From NCBI GenBank assembly GCA_039801225.1, contig JBDRUH010000050.1:1-10822 (forward strand): a DNA stretch of 10,822 nucleotides, given 5' to 3'. Positions 1 through 5,935 of this stretch are shown piece by piece. The notes under the pieces are model-generated. The model worked only from the letters and a program-made list of their open reading frames with translations. It had not been told where the DNA came from and searched no databases. Origin of the DNA: a candidate division WOR-3 bacterium (GTDB lineage Bacteria; Hydrothermota; Tepidihabitantia; Tepidihabitantales; Tepidihabitantaceae). Both the position numbers and the translations under genes were made by a program. Position 1 is the stretch's first letter; each line of letters starts with the position of its first letter.

Positions 1-194
1 GGCACAATCGCCAGTCCACCGCAGGTAAAGGTTGGTGAAGAAGGGTCAAGAAAGAACTTCTGCATATCAATCACCAAAAGTGCCGATTTCTCCTTGTTGA
101 ATTCCATCTGATGCTGATTAAACGGCGCAATCTTCCTTAGCCAGTGGTAGGTCTTTTCTTTTAAGGTGTCTTGAGTTACATAAGATTCTAACAA
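1..194 (-). CDS. Isochorismatase-family (cysteine hydrolase) protein, N-terminal part; the gene runs off the left edge of the window
   Basis: Not in the ORF track; translated by hand from TTG at 194: MLESYVTQDTLKEKTYHWLRKIAPFNQHQMEFNKEKSALLVIDMQKFFLDPSSPTFTCGGLAIVP. SALLVIDMQxxF is the family's first-strand motif carrying the catalytic Asp. An AGGGGG Shine-Dalgarno (205-200) lies 5 nt upstream. Confidence 0.85.
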   Translation of the reverse strand, partial: MLESYVTQDTLKEKTYHWLRKIAPFNQHQMEFNKEKSALLVIDMQKFFLDPSSPTFTCGGLAIV

Positions 195-276
195 AGATGC
201 CCCCTTTTATTTTATCTACCAGTTTTACCTTCGCTGTTTAAATCGCCAATTAGTGATGTAACAGGTTCGCAGAGCC

Positions 277-451
277 TGCCCCGAGCCGACGCCAATAAAT
301 CCTAATTTCAAAGCACTAAATCCTAAACAATTTCTAATACCAAAATCCCAATTATCAAAACATTTTGGATTTAGAACATTGGAGCTTTGAATTTGTTTAG
401 AATTTAGGACTTCGGATTTAGAGTTTCTCATAAGGAGGAGATTGCCCCGAG
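277..451. repeat. 9-bp direct repeat TGCCCCGAG (277-285 and 443-451) bracketing the intergenic palindrome
   Basis: An identical GC-rich 9-mer is read at both positions, 11 nt left and 16 nt right of the AT-rich palindrome. Its interpretation as a target-site duplication is inference. Confidence 0.6.
297..426. repeat. 130-nt imperfect inverted repeat built from degenerate heptamers (AAATCCT-like); long hairpin, REP/MITE-like
   Basis: Left arm 297-361 reads AAATCCT AATTTCA AAGCACT AAATCCT AAAC AATTTCT AATACCA AAATCCC... The reverse complement of the right arm (362-426) reads AAACTCT AAATCCG AAGTCCT AAATTCT AAAC AAATTCA AAGCTCC... Ungapped alignment by hand gives 41/65 identical positions (31/41 in the outer part). 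Confidence 0.85.
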
Positions 452-458
452 AAAACCT

Positions 459-977
459 TCAGGAGAACCGGTCGTAGGAGACAATTTCGGAGAAGGGTTT
501 ACGCGGTCGTGGTGCGGGCTCCTGAGCAGGATAGCCAAGAGGTGTCAGGGCAACCGGTTTCACTCCCTCTGGAATATTGAGAACCTTTTTTACCTCCTCT
601 TCTTTGAACGCCCCTATCCAGCAGGTTCCTAAACCTTCGGCTGTTGCCGCTAAGATAATATGTTCTAAGGCGATGGTAACATCAACCTCGGCTGCTGACC
701 AGTAACCGCCCATTCCTTTCCACGCCTGGTCCAAAATAGCGCAGGCGCAGATAACCACAGGTGCCTGACCGATAAAAGTCTGATTACGGCAGGCGGGAAC
801 GAGTGCCTCCTTAACCTTTGGGTCCCTTATCACAATAAACTTCCAGGGTTGGTAGTTTTTTGCTGAAGGTGCCAGTCTACCTGCCTCAAGGATTCTATTT
901 ATAACTTCATCCGGTATCGGTTCCGGTTTGTATGCCCTGATACTTAAACGTCGTCTGATGACTTCATAAAAATCCAT
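459..977 (-). CDS. Nitroreductase-family FMN-dependent oxidoreductase (172 aa)
   Basis: Family motifs: RRLSIRAY (RRSxR-type FMN phosphate motif), LAPSAKNYQPWKF, DxxIALEHIILAATAEGLGTCWIG, LGYP and RKP. GGAGGT SD at 986-981. Confidence 0.95.
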   Translation of the reverse strand: MDFYEVIRRRLSIRAYKPEPIPDEVINRILEAGRLAPSAKNYQPWKFIVIRDPKVKEALVPACRNQTFIGQAPVVICACAILDQAWKGMGGYWSAAEVDVTIALEHIILAATAEGLGTCWIGAFKEEEVKKVLNIPEGVKPVALTPLGYPAQEPAPRPRKPFSEIVSYDRFS

Positions 978-1020
978 TTAACCTCCTTTTGATTTCAGAT
1001 AACTAAAACTTTTGATAAGA

Positions 1021-1061
1021 ATGACCGGAGACGGAAACCTCTGTCATCGGTATTCGGTCAT
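1021..1061. repeat. Short imperfect hairpin between tRNA-Arg and the nitroreductase (possible processing or termination structure)
   Basis: ATGACCG (1021-1027) pairs with CGGTCAT (1055-1061). The inner stem GACGGA/TCTGTC closes an AACC loop. There is no clean U-tract on either strand. Confidence 0.5.
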
Positions 1062-1079
1062 CATTCCTCTAACTTTTCC

Positions 1080-1153
1080 AGCGCCCGACGCGACTTGAAC
1101 GCGTGGCCTGCAGATCCGGAGTCTGCCGCTCTATCCAACTGAGCTACGGGCGC
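1080..1153 (-). tRNA. tRNA-Arg(CCG); CCA not encoded
   Basis: Cloverleaf: GCGCCCG/CGGGCGC acceptor stem; GCTC/GAGC D-stem with loop AGTTGGATA (A20, the Arg identity element); GCAGA-CTCCGGA-TCTGC anticodon arm; ACGCG-TTCAAGT-CGCGT T arm. It is followed by T GGA. Confidence 0.97.
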
Positions 1154-1162
1154 AGCAGAAAC

Positions 1163-1190
1163 AATATATTTATGAGAGTAAAAAAGTCAA
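1163..1190 (-). promoter_or_regulatory. Sigma70-type promoter for tRNA-Arg (and possibly the nitroreductase)
   Basis: TTGACT (1190-1185), 16-nt spacer, TATATT (1168-1163), ending 9 nt upstream of the mature tRNA 5' end. Confidence 0.75.
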
Positions 1191-1284
1191 GAATATATGC
1201 CTTAAAATAGTTGGAAAGTTTATAGGTAAAGAAGTTAACTCGGCCAATTTGAAGAAACATGGGGTGTATTTTGCTACCAGTGGC

Positions 1285-2163
1285 TCAGACTTTTGCTTTC
1301 TGTTTCTGGGTTTGTAATGTGGCGAGGTAGATGGCGGTGCAGATGATTATACCACCGATGAGTTCAAGAAAGGTTGGCGGCTGGTGTAGTAAAAGCCAGG
1401 CGAGGATAGTGGTGCCAACCGGTTCACCAAGGATGAACATTGCCACAACCGGTGCATTTAGATAGCCCAGCGCCCAGTTGAAACTGGTGTGCCCAAGAAG
1501 TTGTGGACCGATGGCAAGGAGGAGGATAAAAAGATATGCCTTTAATGGGTAACCGGTAAATCTCTGCCCAGTGAGCAGAGCAATGATTAAGAGTGTGATT
1601 GCCGCTAAAGAGTAAACCGGGTAGATGTAGTTAACGAGCGATAAACCCGGGCGGAGTTTTCTACCCACCAAAACATAACCACTGGCAGCAAGTGCGCCAC
1701 TCAGCGCAAAAAGATTACCGGCGGTAATACGGGTAGAGCCGAGCGTTGGTCCGGCAATTAATAGTGCCCCAAGGATGCCGAGCCCAACCGCAACCCAGGT
1801 GTGCCAAGTTACTCTTTCTTTTAAGAAAAGTGGTGCCAGAAGGGAAACAAATATTGGGTTCATTGCTACAAGGACAACCGAACTGACCACAGTAGTATGT
1901 TTTAGTGATTCAATCCAGAGGGCAAAATGGGCAGCGAGGAAAAGACCGGAGAGTATTGTTAGAAACCAGTTGACGGTTTTGAGCTGGGTTTTTCGGGCAG
2001 GTAAGTTCTTAAGGAAGATAGGGGTAAGGATGAGGCTGGAGAAAATCATTCTACCGGTGGCGATGATGATGCTTGGCGCTGGTGTTAAACGAATGAGGAT
2101 TGAGGCAAAGGAGAGAGCGATGACACCGAAACAGAGAACAGGGAAAATTTTGGGGCGAAACAT
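1285..2163 (-). CDS. EamA/DMT-family transporter (about 292 aa from ATG 2163; the ORF track extends it to TTG 2196)
   Basis: About 10 hydrophobic segments in two repeats, with DMT motifs such as FLAAHFALWIESLKHTTV, NPIF..LAPLFLKER, PQLLGHTSFNWAL and EPVGTTILAWLLL. The TTG at 2196 is part of a TTGACA -35 box, so ATG 2163 is the preferred start. Confidence 0.92.
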   Translation of the reverse strand: MFRPKIFPVLCFGVIALSFASILIRLTPAPSIIIATGRMIFSSLILTPIFLKNLPARKTQLKTVNWFLTILSGLFLAAHFALWIESLKHTTVVSSVVLVAMNPIFVSLLAPLFLKERVTWHTWVAVGLGILGALLIAGPTLGSTRITAGNLFALSGALAASGYVLVGRKLRPGLSLVNYIYPVYSLAAITLLIIALLTGQRFTGYPLKAYLFILLLAIGPQLLGHTSFNWALGYLNAPVVAMFILGEPVGTTILAWLLLHQPPTFLELIGGIIICTAIYLATLQTQKQKAKV

Positions 2164-2168
2164 AGAAT

Positions 2169-2196
2169 AATTTTCCAAGAAATGAAAATTTGTCAA
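2169..2196 (-). promoter_or_regulatory. Putative promoter of the DMT gene
   Basis: Perfect TTGACA (2196-2191), 16-nt spacer ending in TGG, then a weak -10 AAAATT (extended TGn form) 5 nt before ATG 2163. Confidence 0.45.
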
Positions 2197-2261
2197 GGAA
2201 AACCGAATGAAGTAACCAATCGGCTTAAAGTTATTAGTTTCTAAAGACTAACATTATTGGC

Positions 2262-2289
2262 TTGACTTTTGTTTAATAGTGAATATTAT
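2262..2289 (+). promoter_or_regulatory. Sigma70-type promoter of metG-tatD-rsmA
   Basis: TTGACT (2262-2267), 16-nt spacer, TATTAT (2284-2289). The architecture matches the tRNA-Arg promoter. Confidence 0.7.
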
Positions 2290-2297
2290 TGAGGGCT

Positions 2298-4307
2298 GTG
2301 AAAATTTTGGTGACGAGTGCCTTGCCCTACGCCAATGGTGAAATTCATTTTGGTCATCTCGCCGGGGCTTATCTACCTGCAGATGTATATGTAAAGTATC
2401 ACCGACTGAAGGGTTCGGATGTCCTTTACATCTGCGGCTCCGATGAACACGGTGTGCCGATAACTATTGCCAGTCAAAAGATGGGTATAAGTCCGAAGGA
2501 GTTGGTTGACCGTTACCACCCTTCAATCAAGAGTTCTTTTGAAAGGTTTGGTATAGAGTTTGACCATTACTCCCGAACATCGCACCCTATTCATTATCGC
2601 ACCGCCCAGGAGTTCTTTTTAAAGGTTTACCAAAACGGTTATATCACTCCTAAAACAACTGAACAGCTTTACTGTCCGAACTGTAAAATCTTCCTTGCCG
2701 ACCGATATGTTGAGGGAATTTGCCCGAGTTGTGGGGCGGTTGATGCTCGTGGCGACCAGTGCGAATCCTGTGGCAAGTGGCTGGAACCGACCGAGTTAAT
2801 TCAGCCGCGCTGTAAGACCTGCGGTAATACACCACAATTGAAAAAGACTACCCACTGGTTTTTCGCTCTTTCTAAGTTTGAAGAAAGGTTGCGCAATTGG
2901 CTTGATTCTAAGAAGAACTGGAAACCGAATGTGAAAAGGTTCTGTGAAGGTTGGTTTAAAAGGGGGTTAATCGACCGACCGATTACCCGGGATTTGAGCT
3001 GGGGAGTCCCGGTGCCTTTGCCCGAAGCCCAAGGGAAGGTGATGTATGTATGGTTTGATGCGCCAATCGGCTATATCTCGGCTACTAAGGAGTGGGCAGA
3101 GAAGGTAGGCACACCAGAAAGGTGGCAGGACTACTGGTTGGATGAAAAAACCAAACTCGTCCATTTTATCGGCAAGGATAACATCGTTTTTCACGCCATC
3201 GTCTGGCCAGCAATGCTTATGGCCCACGGCAATTATATTCTCCCCAGTGATATTCCGGCCAATGAGTTTCTCAACTTAGAAGGTGCGAAACTTTCTACCT
3301 CAAGAGGTTGGGCAATATGGCTTCCGGACTATCTGATGAGGTTTCCACCTGACCCATTGCGCTATGCCCTGGCGGTTAATCTACCGGAAAATCGGGATGT
3401 TGACTTCACCTGGGCGGATTTCCATAGTCGTAATAATAATGAACTTGCCGATGTTTTAGGAAACTTTGTGAACCGGGTAGTTATGTTCATAAAGAAGAAC
3501 TACGGTGGCACTGTGCCGGAAGGCAACCAGGAGGAAGCGGCAGCAATGGAAGTATTGAAGAAAATTGAAGAGGCACCGAAAAAAATCGGCGAATTAATTG
3601 AATCATTTCAAATCAAGGAGGCGGTCCGCGAGGTGATGAGTTTACCAGCACTTGGTAACAGGTTTTTTGACTATCAGGCACCCTGGCGAACCTTTAGGGA
3701 AGACAAAAAGAAGTGCGACCGAACAATGAGGGTCTGTCTCCGGCTGGTTTCTGCCTTAGAGGTGCTAACTTATCCCTTTTTGCCCTTCACCAGTAAAAAG
3801 ATAGGCAAGATACTCGGCTTGGGAAAAAGGTGCTGGAATGATGCGGCAACACCTGTAGTTCCTTCTGAGATTGGCGAGATAGAGATTCTGTTTCAGAAAT
3901 TGGATGAGAAGATTATTTTTCAGGAACGGGCGAGGTTGCACGAAAAAGAAAAAAAGGAAATAAAGATAGAAGAAAAGGAGAAGGAAATGATTACTATTGA
4001 AGATTTCAAGAAAATAGATTTGCAGGTAGCAAAGGTGAAAAGCGCTGAGCGGGTCCCAGGTACAACAAAACTCATCAAGATGACAATTGACCTCGGGAAC
4101 GAAGAACGCCAGATCGTTGCCGGGATTGGAGAATGTTACCAGCCGGAAGAGTTGCTCGGCAAGAAGATTGTTGTCGTAACCAACCTCCAACCAGCGAAGA
4201 TTCGGGGCGTGGAATCGTACGGTATGCTATTAGCTGCTGTTGATGGAACAAAGGTGGCGATTGTGACATTGGACCGAGATATCAACCCTGGAGCCCGGGT
4301 TTCTTAG
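2298..4307 (+). CDS. metG: Methionine--tRNA ligase with two Zn knuckles and a C-terminal Trbp111-like OB-fold domain (about 669 aa from GTG 2298)
   Basis: Motifs: KILVTSALPYANG, HFGH (HIGH), GSDEHG, four CxxC (CPNC, CPSC, CESC, CKTC), YVWFDAPIGY, HFIGKDN, KLSTS (KMSKS) and NNELADVLGNFVNR. The C-terminal domain reads IEDFKKIDLQVAKV...NLQPAKIRGVESYGMLL. The track's TTG at 2289 overlaps the -10 box, so GTG 2298 is preferred. Confidence 0.98.
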   Translation: MKILVTSALPYANGEIHFGHLAGAYLPADVYVKYHRLKGSDVLYICGSDEHGVPITIASQKMGISPKELVDRYHPSIKSSFERFGIEFDHYSRTSHPIHYRTAQEFFLKVYQNGYITPKTTEQLYCPNCKIFLADRYVEGICPSCGAVDARGDQCESCGKWLEPTELIQPRCKTCGNTPQLKKTTHWFFALSKFEERLRNWLDSKKNWKPNVKRFCEGWFKRGLIDRPITRDLSWGVPVPLPEAQGKVMYVWFDAPIGYISATKEWAEKVGTPERWQDYWLDEKTKLVHFIGKDNIVFHAIVWPAMLMAHGNYILPSDIPANEFLNLEGAKLSTSRGWAIWLPDYLMRFPPDPLRYALAVNLPENRDVDFTWADFHSRNNNELADVLGNFVNRVVMFIKKNYGGTVPEGNQEEAAAMEVLKKIEEAPKKIGELIESFQIKEAVREVMSLPALGNRFFDYQAPWRTFREDKKKCDRTMRVCLRLVSALEVLTYPFLPFTSKKIGKILGLGKRCWNDAATPVVPSEIGEIEILFQKLDEKIIFQERARLHEKEKKEIKIEEKEKEMITIEDFKKIDLQVAKVKSAERVPGTTKLIKMTIDLGNEERQIVAGIGECYQPEELLGKKIVVVTNLQPAKIRGVESYGMLLAAVDGTKVAIVTLDRDINPGARVS

Positions 4308-4310
4308 AGT

Positions 4311-5108
4311 ATGCCCAGACGGAGCGCGGCAAATCCCGATGGTCTGGTGATATTTGATTCGCACTGTCACCTGACGAGTAACCAGTTTAATGATGATTTA
4401 GCCGCAGTTTTGCAACGAGCGGCAAGGGCCGGCGTAAAGGAGATGCTTACGGTGAGCGTAAATGTCCCGGATAGCCAGGAGGCGGTAGAGTTTTGCCGTA
4501 ATCGGGACGGAGTCTACTGCACAGTGGGAATTCATCCCCATGAGGCGGACTCGTTTCAAAGTGGTGATGTTCAGATATTGAAGGATATGTGTATTGAGCC
4601 TAAGGTAAAGGCGATTGGCGAAACCGGATTGGATTTTTTCCGGAGTTTCTCCGGTCGGGCTAATCAAGAACTGGCTTTCCGGTCGCAGATAGAACTGGCG
4701 AAGATGCTTAATCTCCCATTGGTAATTCACATCCGGGATGCAGCAATGGCGGCGATGGCACTGATGGAAGAACATAATTACTACCGAGGGGTGCTGCACT
4801 GCTTTTCTGAAGGTAGAAAATTTGCCGAATGGGCGATAGAAAAGGGATTTTATATTTCATTCTCCGGAAGTTTGACCTACGGTGAAAAAAGAATGATAGA
4901 AGTTGCTAACCTTGTCCCTAAAGACCGGATTATGGTTGAGACCGATGCACCTTATTTGGTCCCAGCTCCGGAGAGGGCACCAGGAAAAAGAAACGAACCC
5001 GCATTGATTAGATGGACAGTTAAATACCTTGCTGATATCTTGGGTCTTACGCCGGTAGAAGTTGCCCGGTTAACACGGGAAAACGCCCGGCGATGTTTTC
5101 AGATATAA
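4311..5108 (+). CDS. tatD: TatD-family metal-dependent nuclease (YcfH-like)
   Basis: Motifs: DSHCH, GIHPH, AIGETGLD, PLVIHIR, GVLHCF, ETDAPY and RNEP. It sits in the canonical position downstream of metG (3-nt gap). Confidence 0.95.
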   Translation: MPRRSAANPDGLVIFDSHCHLTSNQFNDDLAAVLQRAARAGVKEMLTVSVNVPDSQEAVEFCRNRDGVYCTVGIHPHEADSFQSGDVQILKDMCIEPKVKAIGETGLDFFRSFSGRANQELAFRSQIELAKMLNLPLVIHIRDAAMAAMALMEEHNYYRGVLHCFSEGRKFAEWAIEKGFYISFSGSLTYGEKRMIEVANLVPKDRIMVETDAPYLVPAPERAPGKRNEPALIRWTVKYLADILGLTPVEVARLTRENARRCFQI

Positions 5109-5935
5109 AGTCGGGCGATTTCCGTCCCAGGAAATCATTAGGTCAGACATTTCTAACGAATACAACTATTGCCGATGCCCTAATTGCCGCACTTAATCTT
5201 AAGAAAGGGGAACTGGTTTTGGAGATCGGTCCAGGTTCAGGAATTCTCACCGAAAGGCTCCTGAAAAAAGGAGCTCGGGTTATTGCGGTGGAGATAGACC
5301 GACGATTGGTACAGTTTCTGAAAGAGATTTTTGCCAATAATACCAACTTAAAGGTGGTTTATAAAGACTTTCTGAAATTTGACCTTAGCCAATTTTCTTC
5401 GTTAAAAATAATTGGTAACATCCCTTTTAATATCTCCTCACAGGTGTTCTTCAAACTCTGGGAATATCGTCAGAATTGGATTGCCGCAGTTTTTACGACC
5501 CAGCGGGAATTTGCCCAACGGCTTCTTAGTCCGCCGGGCACAAAGGATTACGGCATTCTCAGTGTCTTATACGACTATCTTTGTGAAAAAAGAAAACTTT
5601 TTAACATCCCGGCAAGGTTTTTTTATCCGCAGCCCAAGGTTAGCGCTACAGCCTTCTTATTAAAGCGTTATACCAACCCGGTATGGAGGCTCTCAGATGA
5701 GAAGTGGTTTTACCAGGTAGTTCAAAGCGCCTTTTTCCCCCAACGCCGAAAAAGGCTCCTCAACAACCTCTGTCAGAATTTAAAAATTGACAAGGAAATC
5801 TTGCTTCAGAAATTGAACTGGGTAGGTCTGGGGCAGGACAGCCGGGCTGAAGATATTAACTTTGAGCAGTTCGCCCTTCTCAGCGAGATGTTGTTACCCT
5901 TTCGGCATACCCTAAAAGTTCGAGATAGTAATTAA
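5093..5935 (+). CDS. rsmA: 16S rRNA m6,2A dimethyltransferase RsmA/KsgA
   Basis: Motifs: RPRKSLGQTFL, VLEIGPGSGILT (SAM motif I), AVEIDRR, IGNIPFNIS (motif IV), QREFAQRL, YGILSV, FYPQPKV, QRRK and RAE. It overlaps tatD by 16 nt, and metG-tatD-rsmA is a known conserved gene order. Confidence 0.95.
   Translation: MFSDIKSGDFRPRKSLGQTFLTNTTIADALIAALNLKKGELVLEIGPGSGILTERLLKKGARVIAVEIDRRLVQFLKEIFANNTNLKVVYKDFLKFDLSQFSSLKIIGNIPFNISSQVFFKLWEYRQNWIAAVFTTQREFAQRLLSPPGTKDYGILSVLYDYLCEKRKLFNIPARFFYPQPKVSATAFLLKRYTNPVWRLSDEKWFYQVVQSAFFPQRRKRLLNNLCQNLKIDKEILLQKLNWVGLGQDSRAEDINFEQFALLSEMLLPFRHTLKVRDSN

Noticed and set aside
297..426. CRISPR array or intrinsic terminator interpretation of the repeat
   Set aside because: There are no identical repeats separated by unique spacers and no cas genes. 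The stem is long, AT-rich and imperfect, unlike a GC hairpin with a U-tract.
225..431. 68-aa ORF (MRNSKSEVLNSKQIQ...)
   Set aside because: It is essentially the translation of the heptamer palindrome. It has no convincing SD on its own strand (the AGGAGG at 433-438 is on the opposite strand) and no family motif.
1775..2170. 131-aa + strand ORF
   Set aside because: It is an antisense shadow of the DMT transporter, typical opposite hydrophobic codons, and has no motifs.
2197..2297. T-box or SAM riboswitch upstream of metG
   Set aside because: The region is too short, has no T-box (TGGNACC) antiterminator or S-box structure, and the promoter sits right next to the start codon.
3935..3990. Purine-rich A-run tract in metG as a frameshift site or repeat
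   Set aside because: It is explained by the Lys/Glu-rich interdomain linker, and the reading frame is continuous through it.
2650..4799. Minus-strand ORFs 2650-2835, 2967-3227, 3765-4190, 4075-4269 and 4398-4799
   Set aside because: All are fully antisense to metG or tatD and have no recognisable motifs.
4311..5108. TatD as part of an anti-phage system (QatD-like)
   Set aside because: It lies in the canonical metG-tatD-rsmA housekeeping context with no ATPase or QueC partners.
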